A DNA stretch of 64,000 nt, taken from contig OZ076409.1 in assembly GCA_964187785.1 (NCBI GenBank), positions 85,500,001 to 85,564,000 of the forward strand, read 5' to 3'. The stretch's first letter is position 1, and the number at the start of each line of letters is the position of its first letter. The DNA is from Amphiscolops sp. MND2022. Taxonomy: Eukaryota. A model generated the notes under the pieces. That model had not been told where the DNA came from. It made no database searches and saw only the letters and a list, made by a program, of their open reading frames with translations. A program made the position numbers and the translations under genes. Below are positions 12,001 to 24,739 of the stretch, in pieces.

Positions 12001-15000
12001 GGTGCAAAATTACGTGAGCAATCTAAGTCCATCTCAATTCTGTCCTGTTTTCAGCAGTAAAAGGTTGCAGTTGGGAGAGAATCGTCGAAACGAACTGCGT
12101 ACAGAATTCACACAAGATGCGCCTTCATGTTTGGGACTACTAAGCAGTCTTCTGTCAATCCAAGTCAAGGAGAATGTGGACATTCGGTTAAGAGTGTTCA
12201 AGTGCCTAACCAGTTGGCTGAAGAGTGACATCATTCATGTCAACCATCTGGCTACTGATCCCGTGTTTCTCAACTGGAGCTTCTGTTTCCTCACATCGCA
12301 AGAAACTGACCAAGAAATGCACGATATAGCTGCCGATTTTTTGTGCGCCGTTGTACAGGCTTCTTACGTAAGTACCGCTTTCCATTATGGTTTCTTGCTA
12401 TAAATTTTTCGACTAAACTCAGAAGCATTGCGATTGGAAACTTTATAAACAGAGAACGTAACCAAAAACACTAAACGGGGTTTGGGTGAAATTAAACCAA
12501 CCTGTATTTTTTCTATTTTCAGAACCAAGCGGCTCCCGAAGAGTTGTTGTGCAAGATTTATGATGGAGTTTTGACTTTGAGACAGCCCTATCACGCGTCA
12601 GTATCCGCTGAAGATTCAGATCGAGCTACAAATTTCGTCTCGGTTTTTGCTTCAACATCGGAAGCTTTTATGGGTTTGTTTGTTTGTTTTTAGTCGGCGC
12701 CTTTTCCCTTAAGGAAAAAAGCCCGACTCTTACAGTGAGTAGTTTTTTTTTGTTTTTTTTTTCAGTTGACAATCTCACTCTGAGTGGTCCACTTTTCTTA
12801 CAATTTGTTCATCTTTCATATTTGTTCATCTTCCATCTTCGACCCAGCCGGAGTGCGTGGGTTCGATTCTCGCACTAAACCATAAATTTTTTAATGCTTC
12901 CAAAAGTACAGGTGAGACCAAAGGGCCCCCCCTTTGGGTTTTTTTCGGCACTATGCGACTTTTTTCGAAAATTTTTGAAATTTATCAAAGGGTACCCCCT
13001 TGCATTTTTTTTGAAATTTTCGGTTTGTAGAAAACGTTGAATGAGCCTGAATGGCCTTTTTTTGAGTTTTTCGGCATTTTGCGACTTAAAAAATACTTTT
13101 TTTCGAAAAAAATTTCAAAAATAATTTTTTTGAAAAATTTTTTTTTCCAAATTTTTACAATAGTTGTTCCTTGAATATTTTTGAGCCTAAGATATGGCGC
13201 CGACTTGGGACGTTCCCGTCTTGTTTTTTCTTCACCTATGCTGTGGCCCTTTTAGTCGGGACTATATTCAAGTTTTTTTGATGAAAAGGTTGATTTAGTT
13301 TGCATTTCAGTTGATTCGATTTCGAGTAATTTCCGTTTGAGCTTCAGTTTATAGCACTATTTAGCTCTGGGAATGATATTTTTTGGACTTCCCATCTTGC
13401 AATTCCACGAACATTTTCTTTCGTTTCTGACTCAATTGACTTAGTTGTATTACGAAGTATTTCAGAGGATTTTATAATGTACAAGGTGCTCATTTCACTG
13501 CCTGAAATTTGAGAATATTTTTCTTTGATTCATTTCAGATCGCATTCAGTCGTTACCCGACAGTGGAGTGGGCAACAAACTGATGTTGGATATTCTACTT
13601 GATTGTTGTGGCCATTATGACTTCGAAATAGCAATGCACACGTTCAACTTCTGGTTCTCTTTTGGAGATTCCGTTTCCCGGGTCAATGAAAATGGAGATA
13701 CATCCGCCTTCGGGCCCTACTTTGAACGACTCACAATTGCTCTGTATCGTCTCTGTCAGCTCGACCCAGATCGCAACAAACTTTTGACTCTCAAAGACGA
13801 TTTTTATGAATTCAGAAGCCTAGCTCGAGATATCATCATGGAAAGCGTTACAATTGTCCATCCCATGAAAATCATCAGCCACATGAAAGATATTTTAGAA
13901 AACTCGGTGAGCATTTTTCAGAACATTATTCGGGGATTTCTTGAATTTTCTCACGTCCCGAAAACTATGGAGACCCACAATCAGATCCGGATTGAGATAT
14001 CATTGTTGTTGTCACATTGCTGATTAGCTGAGCTAGACCTGAACATTTTCAGGCGATTCATTTCACATCAAAACGATCATCATTTCAGGCGATTCGTTTC
14101 ACATATGTTTCTTTCAATAACGAGACTCGGGACGAGCTTCAATCTGTTCGCGTTTTAAAAATTTTGAAGTGTAATTTGATTTTGAGGTTAAAGGTAACCA
14201 GTTTAACTGAAGTGTTTGCATCATTTTTTCCAGGCTTCAAGCTGGGAACAAGCAGAAGCCTCCGTGTTTGTACTTTCTGCAGTTGCCAAATTCATACACA
14301 GAGAGGAAAACGAAATCACGCCCAACTTGTTCAAGAAGGTTCTGCAAATTGTGCAGATGAATGGCTGTCATCTTTGTCTCGATTTTTCCGTGCTGCAGTT
14401 AGTGGGCGAATTGGGAACTTGGGTCAACAATCATCCCCAGTTTCTCGAAGCATTAATTCAGTTTTTAGCCAGCAGGTTTGTGCTCTACGTTCACTTTGAA
14501 GTTTTCATCAAGCCATAATTTGAATGCCCTCTAATGATGACCCTTTTTTAAATGAAACTGACAAGTATCCAAAATGTGCCAAATTTTGAGGCACTGTTAA
14601 TCAGAACGCCAAAATACACACAAGTTAAGTTTTATGCGATAATCTTTGTTCAACATTTTCGAAATATCTCATTTCCAAGTTTTAGTTTTGACTCCAGTTA
14701 ATTAAACTTGACGGAGTAAGTGTAGATCATGTTAAGTGTTTTGATTTTTTAAGCCATTAGTTCAAGCTTTTTCAATTTCTTTACAATAATATAGTGGCCA
14801 GAATTACATTGAACTTGAAATTGTGTACTGTGAGAATTTTCTGCGCTTTTGTTACAGACTGTCCAATCCCGAATTGAATGACGGCGCATCCAATGCCCTT
14901 CTCAACATTTGCACCTCGAACGCGGAGTCCTTAGCTCCTCATTTCGACACTCTCTGTGAACTGTTGAACTACTTCGACCTACAGAAGCAGAAATCATCAG

Positions 15001-18000
15001 ATGACCTCATACAAGGACTCGGTAATCTAGACTACTCACTCACTCTATGTAGCTTCTACTACTTCACTCCTCCTCTGATCTAAAAAGCGAAGCCTTTTTG
15101 TTCCTTTCTCGTGCATGTTCAAGTAGGAACCTAGCTGAAAGTCTCATAGCTATTTGAGTTCCTGAAGTTCGATGCCAAAAATCAGCCGTGGCATTCTCAT
15201 GCCGGTCTTACCCAAATCCTTCAGGTTGTTCCGAAAAGACCAGGTATCAGTTGGGTAGGGTCCTCCTTGAGAGCTAGCTCTATGTGGGGAATGATGAGTC
15301 GGACACTTTACGTATTTTAGCTTCGATTCTCAGTCACAAAGACGACATTCAGCTTAAGCAAGGCATCACCAAACTAACGAAGTATCTAGTCAGCAGTGCG
15401 AATGCAAAGCAGGAAGAGAAAAGTTCGGAATCGATGAAAATGTTCCTACCCACCATGGATCGTCTCTCAATCCTGTTCCAGTATGCGCGACCGAAACATA
15501 ACATACCACAGAGTGTAGAACACCCGTGCAGAGAGGCGATTTTGGAAGCACTACCTGTTATCATAGAGGTTCTCAAGCAGTACAAGTCTTCAGAAAAAGC
15601 AACTGAAAAGGGTTGTCGCACCTTGAGGTACGCTTTGAGGAACCTGGGTCTCCATTTCGACGTCTGTCTGGCGAGTGTGGTTGAAACTGTCGTTGAGCTC
15701 TATGCTCATAACGGGTTCTCTTGCTATCTTTACTTGGGCGGTAAGTATCTGCTGCAATTTTCTCATTTTTGAACCGTACATTTTTGATGTTTATTCGTCG
15801 ACCTCTAATTAGGACCCTGCCAATAATCGAATATGTTGCAATTCAGTCGATAGGTGCCTCATATCAAGTTCCTTTTGTTCTGTCTCAAACAATTTAACTA
15901 GACACCCTTACAGGCAGAACCTCTCGGCAAATCCAGGGACATCACAGTAGAAGCTGTTAAAATGGAAAATTGTTTTTAATTGACGAAAAGCTGTCTTCTA
16001 GGCATAATTGTTGACGAATTCGGCCAAACTCAGCAGTACACGCCCGGCCTGTCGGCCTTATTTGAACATTTCTCAGCAAAAGCGTTGAGCCAGTTTGCAG
16101 AGGAAGATGGATTCCGCAATCACCCAGATACAGTCGATGACTTCTTCAGACTCACTCTCAGAATCATCCAGAAGTGTCCAGATATTCTCTTCAACTCTGA
16201 AAAGCTCAATCCTGTTTTTCAAGCAGCTGTAAGTGTCTTTTCGATTAAAACTTTTCTGAAACATTTTCACCAATATTAATTATAAATACTGAAGAAAGAT
16301 TAAAACAAAGACTACTTGATACCTGTAAGACGGCAGTCTCCAAATACCGGAAATAAAATAGCGTAAAATTAGTGAAAGACTTCATAATAGTAAATTTTAG
16401 GGTTTGGAAAAGGGCTAGGAAATGCTTCATTTACTATAGGCTTATTTAAGAGTTAAAATGTTTCACAAATGGCGATAAAGAGAAGGACTGGGAAAACATA
16501 ACCTTGAATGTCTTTTCTGAGCGTAACTCATTCTTTTGAAGATCCATGAGCGGGACATTACTTCAATTTCATAAACTGGCTGACTCAATACAAGTATGAT
16601 TCATTCAAAACAAAGTCAAAGTCATTCATGAGTCAAAATTCATCAATGAGTAATGCAACGCATAACATGGCCGGCCCCATTTGCAGGAGGCAAATAAGAG
16701 TTTGGTGAGGAAAGTTTGAGAGTCAACGTCAGTGTTGAGAAAGTCTAGTCGTAATTATCGACGAAGAGTTTTGAAAGTTTTATGACAGGTCTTTTAATCG
16801 TTCCAAAAGAAGTGATGAGGTCACACGAGCGGGCCACGTTGTCTGTGCCTTTGGTGACTGACTTGACTTTTCCGACCGGCCATATTCCACGGGCTGTGTA
16901 ATCTTCCAAGATCCAAACTAAATCTCCAGGTTTCAGTTCATCGGAATGTTTCGTCCACTTTGATCTTGTTTGCAGAGATGGCATGTATTCTTTGCTGAAC
17001 CTTGACCAAAAACTGTCTGCTAAAGCTTGAGCTTTCTTCCAGCTGTAGGGCTCCGTGTGATTGTCGAAGATACCTGTCGGTACGATTGCTTGAGGTCTTC
17101 CGAGTAGTAGATGATTCGGTGTGAGAGGCTCCATGTCGGTGATGTCCGAAGAAACATGCAAGAGAGGCCGATTGTTCATTATTGCCTCTACTTCACAGGC
17201 AAAAGTGTAAAGCGTAGAATCGCGCAAGGTTCTCGATCCAACAATTTTGTAGAAGGTATCTTTGAAAGAGCGGATTAACCGCTCCCATGCACCCCCGAAA
17301 TGAGGGGCTGCTGGTGGGTTGAAATACCAGGCGATATGCTGCACACCAAGGCGGGCAGATATATCAGATGAGGCTTTCTCAAGTTTCTTTAGTTCGGCTT
17401 TGAGGTCTTTATTGGCAGAGATAAAGGTAGTTGCGTTGTCTGATCTGATGGAGTGAGGCTGCCCTCTTCGGCAAATAAATCTTCGGATAGCTAAAATTGA
17501 TTCGTCGGTGTTCTCTCAGTTTCTCTGTAATTTCAATATGGATAGCTCTGGTGACGAGGCAAGTGAAGAGAAGTATATATCGTTTTTCGGCACGCGGGGC
17601 TTTGATGAAAAATGGTCCTAGGTAATCAACTCCAGTTGTACGGAATGGAAAATTGATCGAGGAAGGGAGTCGTTCTTTCGGCAAGTCAGCCATGATGGGC
17701 TGGATGACATCCTGCTGTTGTCTGCGGCAAGTGATGCAACGTCGAATGAGTTGTCGTAACCCCTTGCGGGCTTTGAGTATCCAAAACTGTTGTTGAACTA
17801 AGGCACGGCTGAATTCGAGTCCACAGTGTCCATTGGTGCTGTGAATGTGTTGTAAGAAGAGTTCGATTGAAGGGCATGCGGCATCCAAGATGACAGGAAA
17901 TCTGCTACACAAAATAACAGTGGCCTTGGCAAGTCGGCCACGCGATCGCAAGATTCCATGCTCGTCGATGAAGGGGCTGAGTTGTGAAATTCTAGAGTTG

Positions 18001-21000
18001 GCGGGCAGGCAATTCTTCTTAGATAGCTCTTTCATTTCTGCGAGGAAAGAATGTTGCTGAGAAGACTTGATGAGAAATTTGAAAGCTTTGGTAATATGCT
18101 CCAAAGTTAGAGTGGCTTGGCGATTTCTGGCTTTGTCGGCAACGAGGAAACAGAAGGCAATAGTCCTAATTAGGCGGTTCCAATTACTGAAGCGCGTAAT
18201 TTCAAAGAGTGGTTTTTCGTGTTGGTCGGTGGGCTGGTGGGTAAGAGACACAGCAACTTGTTGAGACGAAGTAGGCTGGGCAGGCCAAAAGTGTTCATTG
18301 TGCGAGAGAAACGGTGGTCCTTGAATCCATCGCGAGTTGACATTCATTTGACTGGCAGTATATCCTCTTGTTCCATCATCTGCGGGGTTGTCTGAAGTTG
18401 GAACGTATCTCCAATCGGACGCGTCTGTTGAGTCGAGAATAATGTTAAGTCGATTGGCAACGAAGATTTTGTGTCTTTGATGAGTATTGTTAATCCAGTG
18501 CAAAACGGTTGTACTGTCGGTCCACATGAAGGTTTTAGCTATGCGTATGTCAAGTTCTTCTTTGATGTACACTGCAAGGCGGCTTCCAATAGTTGCTGCT
18601 TGAAGTTCCAAATTTGGAATCGTGAGTCGTTTTATGGGTGCAACTCTGGCTTTACCAATTAGGAAATCAATGCTGATGTGGTTGTCGTCGTGGATTGTTC
18701 GTAAATAGGATACTGCAGAAAATGCTTTCTCCGAAGCATCCGAGAACACATGAAGTTCATGACGTTTTGGCTGGCTCTTGTAGTTGTGAAGCTGGCGGTG
18801 TAGTTCAATCTTGTGGAAGTGGTCAATTTCACTGGTCCATTGATGGAAGTCAGCTAAGTGTTCCTCTGGAATGGGCTTATCCCAGTGTTGTCCAGTGGTC
18901 CAGGCAAGTTGCATGCAAATTCGCAAGCGAATCGTCAGTGGTGCTGTGAGTCCCAACGGATCGAATATTGATGAAGTAAACTTCAGTAAACTGCGTTGAG
19001 TGGGTGTTTGTATGTCCTTGACATTTTGGTAGCTGTCCGGTGGTATAAAGTAGACATCTTTTTCCGGGTCCCATGGCATTCCAAGGACGCGTTGTGGCGT
19101 CAATGAATTGTCGGGGTCGGCTCCTGCAGCTCGCCGTTCCGAGTTCAACCTTTTCAAAAAGTTACGGCTGTTCGAACTCTTGGTCAAATTGAATCCTCCC
19201 GTTGACAAGACCGTGCGTAGGATCTGTGCTGTATCTGTGGCTTCTTCATCTGTAGGTAGAGAGAGATAAAGATCGTCCATATAAATGTTCCTCTGAACGA
19301 TTGCTGGAATGTCCGGATGATCGTCTGCATTGTCGTTGGCACAACATTGCACGGCGTAACAGGCGACACATGGTGAATCGGTTGCGCCAAATATGTGTCT
19401 AGTGTATTCGTAGTCGAACATTGTTGTTCCGCCACAAGAAGCGTAGAAACGGTCGATCTTTGCGGTCCACGAGAACTTGCATGAACATAGCCTCGATATC
19501 CGCAGATATCGCGACTCTGTGTAGTCGGAAGCGCAATATTAATCCTGTGAGGTTGCAAAGAAAGTCTGGTCCAGTCAGTAGACTGCTATTGAGTGACTTT
19601 CCTTTGAAGACACTGCTGGCGTTTGTCACTCGGCGAACCTTTCCAGGTTTGTGGATGTTGGTAACTGGATGGTGTGGAAGATACCATTTTTTGACGGTTG
19701 TGTCGTTTGGCGGCACTCGAACGATGTAACCTTTGGCAAGGTCGTCATCGATTGTTTTCTGGTATAGTTGTTTCAAATTAGAATCTTTTTCCAAACGTTG
19801 TTCAAGGCCGGAAAGTTGACGTTCGGCAACCCACCGATTATTTGGCAGGTCGACGTTTTCTTTCCAGAGAAGACCGATTTGGTAGCGACCTTCAACTTTC
19901 GTTGTTGTAGATTGGAGAATTTTCTCGGCGCGGCGATCGTTGGATGAAAAAGCTTTCTTGGCTGATGAGACTCCTTCAATGTCTTGACGCATCCAACGGT
20001 GGACTTGCTGAAAAAGTTCGTCGTCCATTGTTGGTGTCCTGACAAGGAGTGTCTGTGCTGTTGTCGGTAGTTGATGGCTGCTATTTCCGACTATTGTCCA
20101 TCCAAGAAGTGTGTGCAATGATTTTGGTGTATTAGGTGGTCCGTGAATGACTCCTCGGCTGCAGATCACATCGTATGAGTCTACACCAATCAGAAGCGAA
20201 ACGGAATTGGATGATAACTGAGGAAATTTGACGTGATTAAGATGAGGGTGCTGCTGACAAACTGAGTTGAGAAATGCAGGTTGTGCTGTTTGAACGTTCA
20301 GTGTTGGCACTGAAAAAACTTTATCGAGTCTGTGAGGCTGAACTGGGGAGTTGTACGGTCCAATGAAACATTGTATTGTTGCGACATCAACTTCGGCGAC
20401 AGTGTTGATTCCTGTTACACTGAGTTGTTGGTTCCTTTCGAGGTCGGGTTGAAGCAGCTTGGCGGCTGATTCAGCGAGTAGTGTTACGGAACTCCCAGAG
20501 TCCAGAAGGGCGTATGTGGAAATCTGGTTGTTCCCGTAAGAGAGTGTTACTGGAAGAATAGGTACAATTCCTGGCAAGTGACGTCGGGTGTTGACGGCTG
20601 AAGAAACTGCTGGGTGCTGATCACGGTGTAACAACGTGTGGTGTCGTCGTTGACAACCGTCGGTGCGGCAGGTTGTTTCAGATTTACAATCTTTGAAGGC
20701 GTGTGGTCCGAGGCAATTGAAACAAAGTTTCAACTTTTTGACGTGATCGTATCTGCTCTGAAGATCGAGAGATTTGAAGTGCGGGCATTGTCGAAGCAGA
20801 GGGCATCCTTTGGATTCAGGGCAGAAATCTTTTTTGAGAGCGTCCGTTGTTGGTCCTGATCTTGGCGTATTGGTAGAAGATTTGTGGTGATTGGCAGTTC
20901 CTGATGATGAACGTGAATCATGAGAGAATTGAGGCTGTCCGTTTTTAATTGATGTGGTCTGCTGTGGTACAGGCATTTCACTGCAGGCGAGAGCGAATTC

Positions 21001-23772
21001 CCGTAACCAAAGAGTTACATCATTTAGAGTTGGCTGTTTGAGTCCTGAAGAGACGGCATGTCGATTCCAGGCTAGTCTAGTTTCGGTCGGTAACTTTCTC
21101 AAGGCTTGTTGAACGTTAGTTGTTGAACGAATGTCGTGTTGAAAATTAAGTTGCTCGAAAGTGTCAACCAAGGTAGTTAAAAAGTTGGAGTACACTGTGA
21201 AAGAATCAGGTTGTTCAAGAGTTGGTATCGGATGGCAATTAAGGCGTTGTAGAAAAGAGGTGACAATTTTGGTTGGATTTCCAAAACTGTCTTGGAGTCG
21301 TTTGAGTGCTGTGAAGTACATGTCTCCATTGTATCCATATCCGCGAATGACTGATTTTGCTTGATCTTTTACTAGAGTTTGTAAATGGGTCATTTTCTCA
21401 GCTGTTGTCATGTCTGATGAATGAATTGTCGCGTTGAAGAGGCCAATCCAATCTAACCATAAAAGTGGGTCTCCATTAAAAGTTGTGGGCTTGACTTTCG
21501 GAATCGATTTCTGGAAAGTTGAAGACATTCTTGGTGAAGCTCCAACTCCCTGAAGAACGTTATTTGGAACTGGTGCTTCAGTATGAATCCTTGGTGCGAC
21601 ATGCAACGGATTTGCTGCGGTTTCGAGTTGTGATGACGTGTCATTGATTCCAGGGAAATTTGATGTGACGGCGGGAGCTGTTGATTGCAGAGAAGAGTCA
21701 GGTATTGTGAAAGCAGGCAATGGGTTGTTAGAAGTTCCTTGGAGTTCATCAGATGGTAGGTTGCCAAACACTTGTTGAGGATTAGTTCTCGTTACTGGGT
21801 ACACTTCAGAAGGATGCGACAACTGATCAGAAGCGCGCTTTTTCATGATCTTCAAACGAAGGCTTCGTAGATCATTCTTAACTCCTGAGAGCTGTGTTGA
21901 TTGGCGGTTGAGGTGAGATTTTGAATGTAGAATTATTTGCTTTGTCAGAGACTCAAAATCAACAATTTTTTGTTGGGCTTCCTCGAAAAACTCTTGACAT
22001 AACTCTACTGCTTCCCCTGTTTCAATACAATTGTTGGCAAACTGAAGGGAGCATTGAATTTCATCAAGACCAAGTTGCTGCAACGACAAAAGTTGCTGTA
22101 ATTCATCATCAGTTTGGTCAAGTTGCGAATGAGAAAACGAATCACTGGAGGATTGCCCATTAGCCGCATGCAATTCATTGGCTTCAGTGCCATTTTCTAC
22201 ATCATCATCATCAGCCACAGTTGCCTCATTTTGGCCTTTATTTCTTTTTTTGACCATCTTTTACACTCTTTCAATGAAAGTGATTTAACACTATTCGTAA
22301 ATGTAACAACTCGAGAAAAGGAAAATAAGGGTAAACGTGACCACTGGGGCGCCAGAAATATTAATTATAAATACTGAAGAAAGATTAAAACAAAGACTAC
22401 TTGATACCTGTAAGACGGCAGTCTCCAAATACCGGAAATAAAATAGCGTAAAATTAGTGAAAGACTTCATAATAGTAAATTTTAGGGTTTGGAAAAGGGC
22501 TAGGAAATGCTTCATTTACTATAGGCTTATTTAAGAGTTAAAATGTTTCACAAATGGCGATAAAGAGAAGGACTGGGAAAACATAACCTTGAATGTCTTT
22601 TCTGAGCGTAACTCATTCTTTTGAAGATCCATGAGCGGGACATTACTTCAATTTCATAAACTGGCTGACTCAATACAAGTATGATTCATTCAAAACAAAG
22701 TCAAAGTCATTCATGAGTCAAAATTCATCAATGAGTAATGCAACGCATAACAACCAAAACTCTAAAGGAAGTTAAGGAACCAAGTTTTTGTGAGATTGTA
22801 TTGGAAGGAAACTTACACTGAATTTTTGTGAACTTTAATATGCCAATAAAAGAATGAATGTTGCATAAAATGCCAATGAAATCGTTTTTCGTTGTTGTGA
22901 TTACCGTTATCACTATTTTATATCATATATTGACTTATATTATGTATTATAAACTTTTTGACCCGTACTTTCTCCTCCATATTAGTTGAAAATGTTGTTC
23001 CAGACTTATGGTTTACACCTTGAGCACAGAGAAGCGCTGATATCCATTGTGGAGTTTGTAGATACATTGTTCTCCAGTGCAAAGGAGTCCCAGGGCATCA
23101 GACACAGACTCAGCCAACTTTTGATATCTCATGGCGACGAGTTTATCCTCGAGGCAGTTTCCTCAGCCGTTTTCAGGTGCGCCGACCTCTTTAATTTTCA
23201 TTTTCATCCTATCTTGTTTGACAGATCATTTTTGATCATGATCGTTCTTGTGTAATAATTTTCTCTTGATCAAAAACAGCAGATTTACTATCATGAGCTC
23301 TAGTACACTCAAACTCGGATAAAAGAAGCTCAGAGGGTGGTAAGAAAGTTTCTTTTATCCATACTTTCTTTTATCAGTTGTCCTGATAACATAGAAAGTT
23401 TGTCCTGTGTAAGAGCGGAGGAGTGAAAACGTTTTTTATATTCAAATGTTGCTTTCATTCAAGTTCGACTGTAGGTTGTTTGGTATAGTTAGTTTTGACT
23501 AGGAACCCAAAAATTAGATTTGTTGTTTCAGTTTACCACGATATCAGCTTGCAGATCTGAGCATAGTGTTCCAGGCTGTCTCGCAATTTGATCACGACAG
23601 CTACTGTCTCTTCATGGCTCATGCCTTCCAGAATTTGGCACAGAGGGAAGAAACTAGAAACAAAAATGTTTCAGAGCAGCAGTTGCGAACTGCCTACGAT
23701 TCTATTGTTTCAGACTCAAATCACAGAAATATCAACAGAAATCTCAAAAACTTTGTCAAGTTCTATAGATAG
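6011..23772 (+). CDS. TNPO3: Transportin-3 / transportin-SR (importin-beta family), 11 coding exons, 920 aa
   Basis: Exons 6011-6218, 11476-11731, 12055-12367, 12523-12673, 13539-13906, 14234-14475, 14858-15021, 15321-15740, 16002-16228, 23004-23176, 23532-23772. All junctions are GT-AG and phase-compatible, totalling 2763 nt. Motifs YFASNTLRTKVQSNYKELP, SKRLQLGENRRNE, EKGCRTLRYALR, FSCYLYLGGIIVDEFG, FRNHPDTVDDFFRL and LEHREA match my recollection of TNPO3. Confidence 0.92.
6411..7117. mobile_element. Degenerate TA-flanked Tc1/mariner-type MITE interrupted by a Helentron-like element
   Basis: Ends TACACTCCGTTCATAACGATTG / CAATCGTTTTAAGCGGAGGTGAGTGTA are imperfect inverted repeats; internal TATAACGA motifs. 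Confidence 0.5.
6534..7074 (-). mobile_element. Helentron/DINE-1-like non-autonomous element, family A
   Basis: Reverse complement runs TTTAGTCGGCGC...GGCGCCGACTTGGGCCGGTCCCGGCTTGTT: sub-terminal inverted repeat plus 3' stem-loop, in a T-run, no TSD. Confidence 0.7.
7356..7424 (-). mobile_element. tRNA-derived SINE head / tRNA pseudogene
   Basis: Minus strand TCCCTATGGCACAGGGTG (A box) ... GCAGGTTCGAATCTCTC (B box); anticodon arm does not pair properly. Confidence 0.5.
7500..8350 (+). pseudogene. Decayed L2-type LINE RT 3' fragment
   Basis: RLDYCNSLLYGAP, KLQRVQNKAA, LHWLPVEKRIKYKIL and AELWNSLP motifs, broken by frameshifts and stops. Confidence 0.8.
8400..10950 (+). pseudogene. 5'-truncated, frameshifted CR1/L2-group LINE ORF2 with AT-rich tail
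   Basis: Fragments PTHVT...LLDHI...TDHY, KAAKVVPIFK, LSKVFER, VPQGSIIGPLLFLIYVND, YAGDT and VKYLGVHLD spread over several frames. Confidence 0.85.
12687..13225 (+). mobile_element. Helentron/DINE-1-like element, family A
   Basis: TTTTTAGTCGGCGCC...GCCCGACT 5' hairpin; 3' end GGCGCCGACTTGGGACGTTCCCGTCTTGTT. Confidence 0.72.
16274..16667 (-). repeat. 3' LTR of the BEL/Pao element
   Basis: Direct repeat of 22359-22752; no differences seen by eye. Confidence 0.95.
16745..22257 (-). pseudogene. BEL/Pao gag-pol polyprotein with two frameshifts (~19420, ~17515)
   Basis: Gag PTTFNGDPLLW and three Cys/His knuckles (e.g. CFNCLGPH...C, CRTDGCQRRHHTLLH); protease LLDSGS; RT YMDD; RNase H HVFSDAS and DNPADDGTRG; integrase GVDYLGP and PHFGGAWERL. 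Split over ORFs 19399-22257, 17409-19421 and 16745-17344. Confidence 0.93.
22359..22752 (-). repeat. 5' LTR of the BEL/Pao element
   Basis: Direct repeat of 16274-16667, followed on the minus strand by the PBS. Confidence 0.95.
23304..23473. mobile_element. Small degenerate Tc1/pogo-type MITE in TNPO3 intron 10
   Basis: Imperfect TIRs TACACTCAAACTCGGATAAAAG / CTTTCATTCAAGTTCGACTGTA. Confidence 0.4.
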
Positions 23773-24739
23773 ATGAATTATAATGGTTACCACCGTTCCC
23801 AGTAGTATTTATTTTTTGGTCTTTGCTTTTTTATTTTAGCATGATCAGTTTAGTCAATGTGCTTTAACTAAATCCAAAATTGAGAAATTATCGAATCAGT
23901 TCTCGAACTAGTTTCTAAATTCCTTTTCCATATACGGTGAACAATCCATCTTTGACTGTTACTATTAAAACTAAAACCGGTGAATGTTTTGTGCAATGTC
24001 AATGTTGGGGCTCAGATAAAAAGTAAAAGGGTGAAATGAATCGTTGTGACCATTTAAACGGCCTTTGTCATTATCTCGGCTTCTGAATATGTGCCTTCGA
24101 ACTTAGAAACACGCGCAAACGTCAGAAAATGTTTTGAGGAATAAACATTTAGAAAAAGCTAGTTATTTTCTATACCAGCTAATGAATGAATTTACCGAAT
24201 TCTTATTTTTATAGTATTAAGAACCACCGATTTATACGATTGAATGAAACACACGAAATAACGCAGTCTGAAAAAACTACGACAATTCGGTATCAAAAAT
24301 ATCGGAAAATTGTGAAATTTGTTTCTGCTCTTGCATGGCGAGAAACATGAATGGTACTGGAAAATCAAATAACCAAGCTCAACTGAGAATGAATTGTTAC
24401 TTTCCGCGTATTCGAATTGGAAAAGAAAATTATTTATTGTGCCTTGTTTTTTCTCCAAAATTTGTCACGTTCTTTAGTTTACACCCTAATCGAGTTTTAC
24501 CGCAGAATTTAACTAAAGTTTCGTACGTTATGTTTTTGTAGAGATTTTTATAATTTTTTGGTTATGATATCTGCAATTTTGTACACTTCAAATATTTTAG
24601 GGTGCTTAAATATCCACAGAGTTCAACTATGAAGCAAATAGCTATTATGTACGCATTTACGAAGAGCAAATGATGAAAAAATCTTGGCATTTTTTATTCA
24701 GTATAGTTCTTCCAAAAACAGTTTCCTCCTTGAAAAATA

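Larger units (their letters stand above)
16274..22752 (-). mobile_element. BEL/Pao LTR retrotransposon, full length, in TNPO3 intron 9
   Basis: 394-bp LTRs at 16274-16667 and 22359-22752; 5-bp TSD ACCAA (16269-16273, 22753-22757); PBS-like TGGCGCCCCAG next to the 5' LTR; PPT-like GGGGCCGGCCA next to the 3' LTR; domain order gag-PR-RT-RH-IN. Confidence 0.96.

Noticed and set aside
19399..19430. Programmed ribosomal frameshift in the Pao element
   Set aside because: The shift falls inside the RT domain, with no X XXY YYZ slippery heptamer; BEL/Pao elements normally have one ORF, so it is more likely a mutation or sequencing error.
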